64,000 nucleotides of DNA from Candidatus Enterousia sp. (GTDB taxonomy: Bacteria; Pseudomonadota; Alphaproteobacteria; Rs-D84): positions 17,127 to 81,126 of the forward strand of contig JAZRSO010000004.1 of assembly GCA_045651525.1 (NCBI GenBank), written 5' to 3'. The notes under the pieces are model-generated. The model did no database searches and was not told the DNA's origin. It worked only from the letters and a program-made list of their open reading frames with translations. The translations under genes and the position numbers were made by a program. Positions 27,075 to 37,074 of the stretch are shown piece after piece; the stretch's first letter is position 1, and each line of letters starts with the position of its first letter.

Positions 27075-27088
27075 CGATGTGGTATAAT
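27060..27088 (+). promoter_or_regulatory. sigma70-like promoter whose -35 lies inside the repeat unit
   Basis: TTCGCA-N17-TATAAT with TGn; ATG 9 nt after the -10. Confidence 0.55.
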
Positions 27089-27097
27089 AAAGATAAT

Positions 27098-28309
27098 ATG
27101 TTTAAAATAAATCGAGTGTTTTTATTCGTATTTGTTTGCACAAAGGCAATTGCAGTTTGCCCAAATGGTTATCATAGTAATACGATTGATATTTCAAAAC
27201 TTAGTTCGGAAGAAAAAGGCATTTGGCAAGCCTCGGTCGCTACTTATACGCACTATTCATATACATCACAAGGATTAAAAACACGATGCGAGGGGTATGA
27301 TAACAGAATTGCAGGTGGTTGGTTTGGAACAGATGAAGGCGGTACATGCATTGATTGTCGATTTGATAATATGAAACATGGTGATTGGTATATAGAATTT
27401 GATTCTGAGAAAAGCGGTTTTTCAACTTTGCGTGGAACTAGTGCATGTATATCAACTTCCTATGCGTCTGGTGTTGGGGTTGGGCAGCCGTCAGATAGCG
27501 TTAATCCATCGCCAGGTGAACGTTCTGGCAGCAGTTGTTGGTGTAAGTTGTTGTCAATTGATGAAATTGCGGTTGATTCAAGATGGTTATATGATGGTTC
27601 TAATGGTCATTGGCCTTCGAGTACTTGTGTGCAAGAATGTGCGCAGACATGTGCGTCAGAAATAAGAAATTTATCAAATAAAATGTTAAAATCGATGTTT
27701 GCTTATACAAAAAAATCAGTTGTTAGTGGGTGTACTGCTAATAATCAAGAGATATATAATATTACATATGATTTAGCAGGTGGGCAGAATTACAAAGATG
27801 CACCTTTTTGTTATAAAATAACGTCTGGTGACATTGTTTTTGGACAGCCTGTTAAATCTGGTGAAGTTTTTGCATATTGGAAAAATGATAAAAACAAGGT
27901 GATTGATTCTATTGTACAGGGACAGACAGGAGATATTCATTTAATCGCTCAGTGGAGGTCAAATTTATTATGTCCTGCGGGACAATATTTATTTGATGGT
28001 TTGTGTGTGAATGTTGGTGCTGGTTTTTATTCGCCGGCAGATGATAATCTACGCTATCAATGTCCAAATAATTTGACGACACGTGGATATGGTTTTGCGT
28101 CAGATGAACTTGGCGACTGTGGCTATAAACTGCATGTCGGAAAGCAACAAATATTTTTACGCAGTCAGAAAAATACAAGCCCATCATTTTGTGCAAAAAT
28201 AAATAACAAGGTATTTTATGGTTCTATGACTAGTAACGATAAATGTGCGTTGTGTACGAAATATAAAGGTGTTAATTACTCTATACATGATGATTCTATG
28301 TACGATTAA
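27098..28309 (+). CDS. Modular secreted Cys-rich protein (CWC domain + InlB-B/Flg_new-like repeat + CPAG repeat + KxTxPS module)
   Basis: Signal peptide; RGTSAC/CWC/CVQECAQTC; YNITYDLAGG...GEVFAYW...LIAQW; CPAGQY; C-terminal LHVG...KNTSPSF...YGSM. Confidence 0.8.
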   Translation: MFKINRVFLFVFVCTKAIAVCPNGYHSNTIDISKLSSEEKGIWQASVATYTHYSYTSQGLKTRCEGYDNRIAGGWFGTDEGGTCIDCRFDNMKHGDWYIEFDSEKSGFSTLRGTSACISTSYASGVGVGQPSDSVNPSPGERSGSSCWCKLLSIDEIAVDSRWLYDGSNGHWPSSTCVQECAQTCASEIRNLSNKMLKSMFAYTKKSVVSGCTANNQEIYNITYDLAGGQNYKDAPFCYKITSGDIVFGQPVKSGEVFAYWKNDKNKVIDSIVQGQTGDIHLIAQWRSNLLCPAGQYLFDGLCVNVGAGFYSPADDNLRYQCPNNLTTRGYGFASDELGDCGYKLHVGKQQIFLRSQKNTSPSFCAKINNKVFYGSMTSNDKCALCTKYKGVNYSIHDDSMYD

Positions 28310-28310
28310 T

Positions 28311-28338
28311 AAAAAATCCCCCGTTTGGGGGATTTTTT
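28311..28338. terminator. Bidirectional intrinsic terminator
   Basis: AAAAAATCCCCC-GTTT-GGGGGATTTTTT. Confidence 0.85.
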
Positions 28339-29278
28339 ATCGGGCGACATCGCCACGCAGGCGTTCGTGACAGACGTAATCTTTTAATTTAAATCCGTTG
28401 TTTGCATGCCAGTTTAGCATACCGTTCCAGTTTTCATTTGGTATTTCAACAGATGGCAGTTTATATGGTGTGCGTGTGATTTGTTCACGTGCTTGATTTA
28501 TATGGTTTTCATAAATATGCACGTCGTGCAGTTCGCCGCGCAGTACGCCCGGTTGCAGCCCTGCTTCTTTGGCGTATAACATCAATAACAGTGCATATGA
28601 TGCGATATTATACGGAATGCCCAAGAACATATCGCATGAACGCTGGGTCCATATTAAATTCAGTTTGTTATTGTGTACCAAAACCTGATGCATAATATGA
28701 CATGGTGGCAGTGCCATTTGATATTGGTCAACAGGATTCCATGCGTTTACAATTATACGACGATTGTTCGGGTCTGTTTTTATCGTATTTATTGCATTTG
28801 TCAGCTGGTCAACACCAGGATATTCTGGTTCAAAGTTTTTTTGTGGGTTGACCGGATTCCAAAAATATTTACCGCCAAAGTGACGCCATTGCCAGCCATA
28901 GATTGGCCCCAGGTCGCGTTCGTCAGACATTGTTTTGTTTTTCAATTCTGTTTTTTCGGCGTCTGACATATTTGGGTTGGCTTTGACTGCTTGTTCGTAT
29001 TTTGGTTGCCATTTTGTTGGGTTTGACCATTCGTCCCAAATGTGGCACTTTCTGTCGGCCAGCCACTTTTTATCTGTTATTCCATGAATAAAGAATTCTA
29101 GTTCTGTTGCGATATTTTTCAGCCCCATTTTCTTGGTTGTGACCAATGGAAATCCGTTTGACATATCGTGTTCAAAGGTTGCGCCCCATGGAATACGCAG
29201 TGTTTTAATGCCTGTGCGATTGTCGGACATTGTGCCGTTGTTAAGACAGTTGTTTAATATATCAAGATATGCTTTCAT
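28337..29278 (-). CDS. thyA: Thymidylate synthase
   Basis: NRTG, FPLVTTKK, LGPIYGWQWR, MALPPCH, QRSCDMFLGIPYN. Confidence 0.97.
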   Translation of the reverse strand: MKAYLDILNNCLNNGTMSDNRTGIKTLRIPWGATFEHDMSNGFPLVTTKKMGLKNIATELEFFIHGITDKKWLADRKCHIWDEWSNPTKWQPKYEQAVKANPNMSDAEKTELKNKTMSDERDLGPIYGWQWRHFGGKYFWNPVNPQKNFEPEYPGVDQLTNAINTIKTDPNNRRIIVNAWNPVDQYQMALPPCHIMHQVLVHNNKLNLIWTQRSCDMFLGIPYNIASYALLLMLYAKEAGLQPGVLRGELHDVHIYENHINQAREQITRTPYKLPSVEIPNENWNGMLNWHANNGFKLKDYVCHERLRGDVAR

Positions 29279-29297
29279 TTTTATAAATCCCTTGGAT

Positions 29298-29324
29298 AAA
29301 AAACGCACCAAATGGTGCGTCTTT
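29298..29324 (-). terminator. Intrinsic terminator after tig
   Basis: Minus strand ACGCACC-ATTT-GGTGCGT followed by T tract. Confidence 0.75.
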
Positions 29325-29325
29325 A

Positions 29326-30633
29326 TTATTTTACAGATGCCTGTTTGAACAAGTCGTCTGCATTAACTTTCTTTTCTTTGGTTTTGACGTGTGTCAACAT
29401 TGCGTCCAAAGCCTTGCGTTCGAACAGCATGCCACGTAACATTGCCAATGCATTTTGATTCTTGTTATAGAATTCAAAAACTTGTTTTGGATCTGGATAG
29501 CGTGAAGCTTCGGCCCAGATAGCTTGTTGCAGGTCATCACGTGTAACCTCAACCTTGTTTTGTGTGCCCCATTCTGCCAAAATCAGACCCAGTTTTACAC
29601 GGCGTTCTGCTTCTTTGCGTTCTGCCTTGTCATCCCACTTGTGTTCACATTTTGCGTCGTGACAATGTGCGTGTGAACGTTCAAATTCAGATTTTGCCAT
29701 ATTTAATTCTTGTTCAACCAATGTTTCTGGCAGTTCCAATTTAACCTTGTCTGCCAAAATGTCCAACAGTTCGTTGCGCATGTCACGTTGTGCAGCCTCA
29801 ACATATTGTTCGTTGATGATTTTGCGGATGTGTTCTTTTAATGCGTCAACAGTTTCTTGGCCAACCTGTTTTGCCAATTCGTCGTTCAATTCTGGCAAGA
29901 TGTGTTTGCGGATTTCATGAATTTCAACCGCAAAGCGTGCATCTTTGCCTGCCAAATTTTCCGCATGATAGTTTTCTGGGAATTTAACATTTACGTCAAA
30001 TTTATCGCCAACTTTGTGACCGATGATTTGGTCTTCGAAACCTGGGATAAATGAACCAGAACCCAAAATCAAGTGATGTTTGGTTGCCGCACCGCCTTCG
30101 AATGCGTCGTCACCGATAAAGCCTGTAAAGTCAATTACAGCAACGTCACCGTTTGCAGCCTTGTACTTTTCGTCTTGTTTTTCTGCAACACTGCGGCTTT
30201 TGCGGATGTTTTCCAATGCGATATCAACTTCTTTTTCATCCAGTTCTGCAACCTTTTTTGTTACAGTGATTTTTTCCAAATCAATTTCTGGTAATGTTGG
30301 CAAAATATCAAATTCCAATGAATATTCTGCGTCTTTGCCGATTTCCCAACCGGCCAAGTCTGCCTTTGGTGCGCCGGCCAGACGGATTTTTTTGTCTGCG
30401 ATATAGTTGTTCAAATCTGCGTTCATTAATTTATCAATTGCTTCGCCGTATGCAGATACGTTGTATTTCTGACGTAAAATAGACAATGGAATCTTACCAG
30501 CGCGGAAACCAGGCATTTTTGCCTTTTTGCCATATTCCAACAGGATTTCGTCAGCAGCTGCCTGTAAATCAGATGCAGAAATTGTACCATTTACAGAATA
30601 ATGTAAATCTTTGATTTTTTCTTTTGTAAACAT
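29326..30633 (-). CDS. tig: Trigger factor
   Basis: PGFRAGKIP ribosome-binding motif; FKBP domain FIPGFEDQI, FPENYHA. Confidence 0.96.
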   Translation of the reverse strand: MFTKEKIKDLHYSVNGTISASDLQAAADEILLEYGKKAKMPGFRAGKIPLSILRQKYNVSAYGEAIDKLMNADLNNYIADKKIRLAGAPKADLAGWEIGKDAEYSLEFDILPTLPEIDLEKITVTKKVAELDEKEVDIALENIRKSRSVAEKQDEKYKAANGDVAVIDFTGFIGDDAFEGGAATKHHLILGSGSFIPGFEDQIIGHKVGDKFDVNVKFPENYHAENLAGKDARFAVEIHEIRKHILPELNDELAKQVGQETVDALKEHIRKIINEQYVEAAQRDMRNELLDILADKVKLELPETLVEQELNMAKSEFERSHAHCHDAKCEHKWDDKAERKEAERRVKLGLILAEWGTQNKVEVTRDDLQQAIWAEASRYPDPKQVFEFYNKNQNALAMLRGMLFERKALDAMLTHVKTKEKKVNADDLFKQASVK

Positions 30634-30701
30634 ATGTTTTCCCCTAAATTTAATTAGAATTGCCCCGTGATTATACAATGTTTTTTAATGAAAGCAATAA
30701 T

Positions 30702-30730
30702 AAAAAAATCCCCATGACGGGGATTTTTTT
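30702..30730 (-). terminator. Intrinsic terminator after rpsI
   Basis: AAAAAAATCCCC-ATGAC-GGGGATTTTTTT. Confidence 0.8.
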
Positions 30731-30745
30731 CTTGTTCCAAACAAA

Positions 30746-31219
30746 TTAACGTTTTGAGAACTGAGTTGAACGACGTGCCTTGCGATAACCATAGTGTTTA
30801 CGTTCAACAACACGGCTGTCGCGTGTCAAGAAGCCAGCAGACTTTAACGCTGCACGCAATTCTGGTTCGATTTTTTCCAATGCCTTGGAGATACCGTGTT
30901 TAACGGCACCAGCCTGACCAGATAAACCGCCACCTTCAACCATTGCGACGATGTCGTATGCAGATTCACGTTTTGTGACCTGGAATGGTTGTGCGATAAT
31001 CATCTGTAATACAGCACGACGGAAATATTCGTTGGATGCCTTGCCGTTTACTGTGATGTTGCCCTTGCCTGGCATCAAGTATACGCGTGCAACAGAATCT
31101 TTACGTTTACCTGTTGCGTATGTTGCGTCGTTTAATTTTGGTGTTGCAACAGCTGCTGTTTTCTTTGCAGGGGCAGCTTTTTTAACTGTCTTTGTTGTTG
31201 CTTTCTTTGTTTCTGCCAT
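30746..31219 (-). CDS. rpsI: 30S ribosomal protein S9
   Basis: [32 protein letters not shown]. Confidence 0.98.
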   Translation of the reverse strand: MAETKKATTKTVKKAAPAKKTAAVATPKLNDATYATGKRKDSVARVYLMPGKGNITVNGKASNEYFRRAVLQMIIAQPFQVTKRESAYDIVAMVEGGGLSGQAGAVKHGISKALEKIEPELRAALKSAGFLTRDSRVVERKHYGYRKARRSTQFSKR

Positions 31220-31692
31220 TATTCGCCCCTTTTGTTTTTACGGTTCAAACCTGCGAAATCGATAACCTGTGGGTTTTGTGCAGCGTGTTTGTGTTCACTG
31301 CCAGCATATACATGCAGTTTTGTCAAACGTTGGTTTGCCAATGCAACTGCTGTACGACGACCCATCATACGTTTAACTGCGTTGAAAACCAATTTTTCTG
31401 GTTTTTCAGAACGCATCTGACCCAATGTACGTGATTTCAAAGAACCAGTCCACAAAGAGTGCCAGAAGAAACGATCTTTATCAGCCTTGTGACCAGATAA
31501 TGCAACCTTGTCAGCATTGATGATAACAACATGATCGCCGCAATCCATGTTTGGTGTCCATGTTGGTTTGTGTTTGCCACGCAGGATGTTTGCGGTATAT
31601 GCCGCCAAACGACCCAATGTGCAATCTGTTGCGTCAATCAGATACCATTTGGCATCTAATTCGCACTTTTTTAACGATTTTGTCGCTGCCAT
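31219..31692 (-). CDS. rplM: 50S ribosomal protein L13
   Basis: WYLIDA...LGRLA...LRGKHKP.WTP..DCGD; upstream of rpsI. Confidence 0.97.
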   Translation of the reverse strand: MAATKSLKKCELDAKWYLIDATDCTLGRLAAYTANILRGKHKPTWTPNMDCGDHVVIINADKVALSGHKADKDRFFWHSLWTGSLKSRTLGQMRSEKPEKLVFNAVKRMMGRRTAVALANQRLTKLHVYAGSEHKHAAQNPQVIDFAGLNRKNKRGE

Positions 31693-31802
31693 TTTATATT
31701 TTCCTTATGGTTTATAAATTAAAGCGGATGTATTATGACGCAAACCCGCAGAAATGTCAAGAAAAATCAATACGGTATTATAGTACCGGGCAATAGACTG
31801 AT

Positions 31803-31829
31803 AAAAACGCCCGTTTGGGCGTTTTTTTT
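31803..31829 (-). terminator. Intrinsic terminator after sensor kinase
   Basis: AAAAACGCCC-GTTT-GGGCGTTTTTTT. Confidence 0.8.
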
Positions 31830-33108
31830 ATATTGGTAATACCACCCTGACCTTTAATCCGCCAAGGGTGCTGTCTTCCAGGAATAATTGACCGCCATGG
31901 TTTTCAATTGCTGTTTGCGCAATTGACAGACCCAGTCCCGTACCCCCAGTATCTGTGCCGCGCGCATCGTCCAGTCGTACAAATGGGCGTAATGCGTCTT
32001 TCTTGCGGTCGTCTGGAATTCCAATGCCATCATCTTCGATAATGATTTCAACGTTGTCCGCAGAGTCAATTTCGGTGATTTTGATTTGCTTTTTCGCATA
32101 TCTGGCGGCGTTTTCAATAATATTTCCAAATGCGTGTGCCAGTGCCATTGGGCGCGCATAGAACTGTGCCGGTGTTTCAGGGAAATTTGTAACGATTTTC
32201 TTGTCCGGTGCCGCGTCACGTGCAATACGGGTCAGTATTGGTGGCAGTTCGGTTGTTTGTTCTATTTCTGGGGTTTCGCCGCGCGCAAATGCCAGATAGC
32301 CGTTTATCATTTCTGTCATACGGTCGATATCGCGAATTAAATCGTCATTTGATGCAGTATCTGTTTCAACAGCCAAGCGCATACGGGTCAATGGGGCCTT
32401 TAAGTCGTGACTGACAGCGTTTAACATATCTGTACGTGTGCGGTTGTATCTGTCCAGACGTTCTTTCATTGTAATCATGGATGCGGCCGCTTCGCGGATT
32501 TCTTTGGACCCAGTTGGTTCAAAACCTGGGGCGTCCAGACCACGACCAAATCGATTGGCGGCACGTGCGATGCGTCTGATACTGCGTGTGTGCAATATTA
32601 TAAATGGTGAAATCAGAATAGATACAATCAATATCGATCCAATCAGCCATATAATAAATACTTCGGTACTGGTGGAATATATTCTGTGTAACGATGTTCC
32701 AAACGTTGCAATTTGGTTGTCTTTTGTTGGGACATCAATGAACAGTAAACGCTTGCCACGGTCAATGTATATGTCCGCAGGTCTTTTTAACCGTTTTGAT
32801 AGTTCAGATGCCAGTTGACCCGCTTCGTGTGCGTCATTGTCGTTGTGACGCGGACGATTAAGCGTTTGATTTATGCTGAAATTTATACCGATATTATTGG
32901 CGAATTGTTCGGCCTCGGCTGATTTGTCTTGGTCAATGAAATTCATCATAGTTGTAACTTCGCCCGCCATTGTGCGCGCCAATGTATTGTGTACGCGCGA
33001 CCAGTGATTGCCAAAGAATGCGTTGGCAACAATAACCTGGGCAATGACCAAGGGAATTAAAATCATCAATATTGTGCGCCATAAAAAACTGCGTGGTGTT
33101 AGTCTCAT
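31828..33108 (-). CDS. EnvZ-like sensor histidine kinase
   Basis: 2 TM, HAMP, SHDLKAPL, NIIENA, DDGIG, GTGLGL. Confidence 0.92.
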   Translation of the reverse strand: MRLTPRSFLWRTILMILIPLVIAQVIVANAFFGNHWSRVHNTLARTMAGEVTTMMNFIDQDKSAEAEQFANNIGINFSINQTLNRPRHNDNDAHEAGQLASELSKRLKRPADIYIDRGKRLLFIDVPTKDNQIATFGTSLHRIYSTSTEVFIIWLIGSILIVSILISPFIILHTRSIRRIARAANRFGRGLDAPGFEPTGSKEIREAAASMITMKERLDRYNRTRTDMLNAVSHDLKAPLTRMRLAVETDTASNDDLIRDIDRMTEMINGYLAFARGETPEIEQTTELPPILTRIARDAAPDKKIVTNFPETPAQFYARPMALAHAFGNIIENAARYAKKQIKITEIDSADNVEIIIEDDGIGIPDDRKKDALRPFVRLDDARGTDTGGTGLGLSIAQTAIENHGGQLFLEDSTLGGLKVRVVLPI

Positions 33109-33764
33109 TTGTTGGCTCCGTCTGTGTTATCAGGTTGTGTATTCAGGTTTATTAATTTGTAGCCCTGCCCCCTGATGGTTATTATATCTAAATCAGATAA
33201 TACAATATTTAATTTACTTCGCAAGCGTTTTGCAACCATTGGTGACGCAGGTGCAATATTACCCATTGGACAAGTTAAATTTTGTAACAGTCTTTTTTCT
33301 TCGCCAGACAGTGCCAATAAGGTCGGCGTGCCGTTTTGTGTTATGAAAAATTCATTGTCAACCAGTGTAAGCCCAAATGGCAACTGTGATGATGTTGTTG
33401 GGTTTTGTGGAATAATGTTGTTTAATCGCAGTACCAGTTCTCGCATTTGGAAGGGTTTGGCCAGATAATCATTTGCACCACCTGCCAGTCCGTCAATTGT
33501 GTTTTCTGGGCCTGTCATCGCAGTCAGCATAATCACAGGTGTTTTATTTCCTTGTGCGCGTAATTTTTGCAAGAACCTCAGACCGTCCATGCCAGTCATC
33601 ATTCTGTCTAGAATAATTGCATCAACAGAAATACGTGATAAAATTTCGTTCCCATCTTCGGCAGATTGTGCCGTCAGAACGTTAAAGCCATCTGAACGCA
33701 GTCCCTTGGACAGCGTATTGCGTAAAATATCGTCGTCATCAATAATTAAAACGGTTTTATTCAT
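33105..33764 (-). CDS. OmpR-family response regulator
   Basis: IIDDD, LDRMM, DYLAKPF, TIRGQGY; shortened DNA-binding domain. Confidence 0.9.
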   Translation of the reverse strand: MNKTVLIIDDDDILRNTLSKGLRSDGFNVLTAQSAEDGNEILSRISVDAIILDRMMTGMDGLRFLQKLRAQGNKTPVIMLTAMTGPENTIDGLAGGANDYLAKPFQMRELVLRLNNIIPQNPTTSSQLPFGLTLVDNEFFITQNGTPTLLALSGEEKRLLQNLTCPMGNIAPASPMVAKRLRSKLNIVLSDLDIITIRGQGYKLINLNTQPDNTDGANK

Positions 33765-34678
33765 CTTTTTACTGGTTCAACGGCATATTCCCCAGGTTGA
33801 ATCATGCGTGCGTCGTTTGCAGACATGTTGTCCAGGTCATATGTTGCGGCACGGAATTGCATGCCACCGGTTGTAAATTCTGTTTTAAACAGTGCGTATC
33901 CTGTACCGCCACCTGTTGTTGGTCCCTGCATTCCCAGCGAATAATATCCGCCCATAATACCATAATCCAAGTCAATGTAATCCAAGCTTACGATCAAAGA
34001 TACACTGCTGATGCCATCGCTGGTCATATTACATGCAAATTCACGGTTGGATAATACCGCCTCGGAATTTACGGGTACCATAATATCCATAACGGTTGGT
34101 TCACACTTGCGGTCAATTCCGTTTACCAAGAATTCATATGTCATACCAACAGTTGCCTTGGACAGACCTGTTGAAACGCTGACCTGTGAAATGGTTGCTT
34201 TGGGTATTTTAACCATGGCGTTTGCAATACCGCTGCGTACAGGGAATGAAATACCAGATTGCAGACAATCGCGTGAGAATGGGTCAGCTTCGCATATATA
34301 AACGCGTGAGTGTGCGTTCATCATAAACATATTTGCCAAGCTGTTAAACAAGAAAGAACGTGTGATACGGTCGTTCAGGCGTGTGCAACCAAAATTACGG
34401 CAAATAACCATTGGACGGTCTGCGAACATAACGCCTGGGTGGGCGGCAGATTCAATTTTGCGTGCCTCGATAATATTCTGGTCATAGTCTAAACTGTCTG
34501 CGCGTTCCATAAATTCTGTTTCTGGAATAAAATTTGGGTCGTCTGGATATGCATAATAAGACTGAACAGGTGTTTCAGTGTATATTGTCTGAAAATCCTG
34601 ATAAATAAATTCGTCTTGTGCATAGGCGGAAAATCCGCAGAATACTGCAAAAATTGATGTTAAAAATGTTTTCAACAT
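33761..34678 (-). CDS. Secreted hypothetical protein coupled to the two-component pair
   Basis: Signal peptide ending AYA; ATGA overlap with response regulator. Confidence 0.8.
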   Translation of the reverse strand: MLKTFLTSIFAVFCGFSAYAQDEFIYQDFQTIYTETPVQSYYAYPDDPNFIPETEFMERADSLDYDQNIIEARKIESAAHPGVMFADRPMVICRNFGCTRLNDRITRSFLFNSLANMFMMNAHSRVYICEADPFSRDCLQSGISFPVRSGIANAMVKIPKATISQVSVSTGLSKATVGMTYEFLVNGIDRKCEPTVMDIMVPVNSEAVLSNREFACNMTSDGISSVSLIVSLDYIDLDYGIMGGYYSLGMQGPTTGGGTGYALFKTEFTTGGMQFRAATYDLDNMSANDARMIQPGEYAVEPVKR

Positions 34679-34816
34679 GGTACGACCTTTTGTTCTCTCA
34701 GGTCAATAATAGAACATTTTAGACAATTGTGTCAAAACAAAAATATTTTTATTGAAATTTGTGTTCGCTTTGTTCTAAGTTAAATATAGATTAAATGTAA
34801 AGAAAGGTAAGAAAAT

Positions 34817-35476
34817 ATGGTTGATATCATAATTTCAGGTGATGCAGGCAAGTTGCATGCCGTATATCACAAATCTGCAAACGAGGCTGCCCCACTGGCG
34901 GTTATACTGTCTGGGAATCCACGACAAAAATATCATATGAACGACCGTGTGTCTTATGCGATGTTCCGTGCGTTTATGGATATTGGCTTTTCTGTGGTGC
35001 GGTTTAATTATCGCGGTGTTGGTGATTCTGATGGTGTGATTGGTACAACGTCTGATAATATGCTGGATATTGCGACTGTTATTGACTGGATTCAAAATCA
35101 TAACGAAGATAGCGATAAAATTTGGCTGGCTGGACATCAGTTGGGCGCATGGTATGTATTACAGGCCATGATGCGTCGTCCAGAAATTTCTGGTTTTGCG
35201 TTGGTGTCACCGGATGCGTCTGTTTCTGACTTTGCATTCTTGTCGCCACGTCCAAATCGTGGTCTGTTGTTACAGGGAACTGCGGAACCTGATGATGCAC
35301 GTGCGTTTGGCGTACATTTAACACAGGTTTTGAAAAAACAGGCACAAATTGACTTGGAAACAATCCGCGTCAAGGGTGCAGATGCAATGTACAGTCAGCC
35401 GGCTGACCTGCGTCAGATGTATAATGATTTAAAGGCCTATGTTGGTCGTGAAAACGAAGAAGACAAGTTGTTGTAA
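34817..35476 (+). CDS. Alpha/beta-hydrolase-fold protein, catalytic residues apparently lost
   Basis: RFNYRGVGDSDG, AMMRRPEI; nucleophile elbow reads GHQLG. Confidence 0.82.
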   Translation: MVDIIISGDAGKLHAVYHKSANEAAPLAVILSGNPRQKYHMNDRVSYAMFRAFMDIGFSVVRFNYRGVGDSDGVIGTTSDNMLDIATVIDWIQNHNEDSDKIWLAGHQLGAWYVLQAMMRRPEISGFALVSPDASVSDFAFLSPRPNRGLLLQGTAEPDDARAFGVHLTQVLKKQAQIDLETIRVKGADAMYSQPADLRQMYNDLKAYVGRENEEDKLL

Positions 35477-35479
35477 ATT

Positions 35480-36469
35480 ATGCAAAACAAAGAAAGATTT
35501 TTAGACGCAAATATTCCTGATGAAATGGCTGCGACCATCCGTCCGCGTACGTTATCGGATTTTATCGGTCATGACAGCTTGAAGCAAAATCTGTCTGTGT
35601 TTGTGTCCGGTGCACGCAGCCGTGGCGAAGCGATGGATCATGTGTTGTTGTATGGTCCCCCAGGGCTGGGTAAGACAACATTGGCACATATTGTGGCAAA
35701 TGAATTGGGTACTAATTTCAGGGCAACATCTGCCCCAATGTTGACCAAGCAAGGTGACTTGGCGGCAATATTGACCGCATTGGAACCGATGGATGTTCTG
35801 TTTATTGATGAAATTCACCGTCTGCCAACAGCGATTGAAGAAGTCTTGTATTCTGCGATGGAAGATTTCAAGCTGGACATTATGTTGGGCGAAGGCCCCA
35901 GCGCAAAAAGCGTACGTATCGACCTGCCCCCGTTTACGTTGGTTGGTGCAACAACGCGTACAGGGTTGTTGTCAAATCCGTTGCGTGACCGATTTGGTAT
36001 TGATTTGCGTTTGTCTTTCTATTCGCCAGAAGATTTGGCAAAAATTATTCAGCGCAGTGCGAATATTCTGGGAACGCCAATTGATGCAGATGGTGCGTTG
36101 ATGTTGGCAAAGTCTGCCCGTGGAACACCACGTATTGCGAACCGTTTATTAAAGCGTGCGCGTGACTTTGCGGCTGCGTTATCAAAAAGTCAGATAACAG
36201 CAGATATTATCAAAACCACCCTATTCCAATTGCATATTGATGAATGCGGATTGGATGAAATTGATCGTGAGTATATGAATATGATTATAAAGTTCTATGC
36301 AGGCGGTCCGGTTGGAATTGAAAATCTGGCGGCGGCATTGTCGGAACCCAGTGACACAATTGAAGATGTTATTGAACCATACTTGATGCAACTTGGGTTT
36401 GTTCAGCGTACACCACGCGGTCGTGTTATTACAGATTTAGGGTATGCGCATCTGGGACTGGAAAAATGA
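35480..36469 (+). CDS. ruvB: Holliday junction branch-migration helicase RuvB
   Basis: [34 protein letters not shown]. Confidence 0.97.
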   Translation: MQNKERFLDANIPDEMAATIRPRTLSDFIGHDSLKQNLSVFVSGARSRGEAMDHVLLYGPPGLGKTTLAHIVANELGTNFRATSAPMLTKQGDLAAILTALEPMDVLFIDEIHRLPTAIEEVLYSAMEDFKLDIMLGEGPSAKSVRIDLPPFTLVGATTRTGLLSNPLRDRFGIDLRLSFYSPEDLAKIIQRSANILGTPIDADGALMLAKSARGTPRIANRLLKRARDFAAALSKSQITADIIKTTLFQLHIDECGLDEIDREYMNMIIKFYAGGPVGIENLAAALSEPSDTIEDVIEPYLMQLGFVQRTPRGRVITDLGYAHLGLEK

Positions 36470-37074
36470 AAAAAATCATAGATTTTTTTGCCATCGCAGA
36501 AAAATTAGAGTGCGAATATCGTCTGACCCGTATGTCGGATGGTATGCCCCAGGCAGTCGCATCACATTCGTGGAATATGGCGATGATGGCGATAGTATTA
36601 CAACCCTATTTCCAAAATGATTATGATATGCAACGCGTTATGGAATTGTGTTTAATTCACGATTTACCCGAAGCGATTTCACACGATGTACCGTTGCATA
36701 AACAAACATCCCAGGTGCGTCTGGAAAAGCATGCCGCAGAAACAGCAGCAATAAAACAAATTCTGGATATTGTGCAGAACGAACGTGTTGCGGGGTTGTT
36801 TGCGGAATACGATGCGCGACAATCCCCAGAATCACAACTGGTCAAGGCGTGGGATGTTATGGATACAGGTGTTCAACATATGTGCGCCAAAGATTTGACG
36901 TATATTGGCGAATATGCAGATAATTTCTATTGGAAAATGTTTTTTAGTAATGACTTTGCCACAATGTTTGATTTTGAGCCTGTGTTGCGGCGTGTTCTGG
37001 ATGAAATTAGGACCCGTGTTGCAAAGCGATTGAAAGAAGAATTAAATATTGATGCGGGGGATTTTGTAAAATGA
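36466..37074 (+). CDS. HD-domain phosphohydrolase (YfbR/HD_3-like)
   Basis: [15 protein letters not shown]; ATGA overlaps on both sides. Confidence 0.85.
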   Translation: MKKIIDFFAIAEKLECEYRLTRMSDGMPQAVASHSWNMAMMAIVLQPYFQNDYDMQRVMELCLIHDLPEAISHDVPLHKQTSQVRLEKHAAETAAIKQILDIVQNERVAGLFAEYDARQSPESQLVKAWDVMDTGVQHMCAKDLTYIGEYADNFYWKMFFSNDFATMFDFEPVLRRVLDEIRTRVAKRLKEELNIDAGDFVK

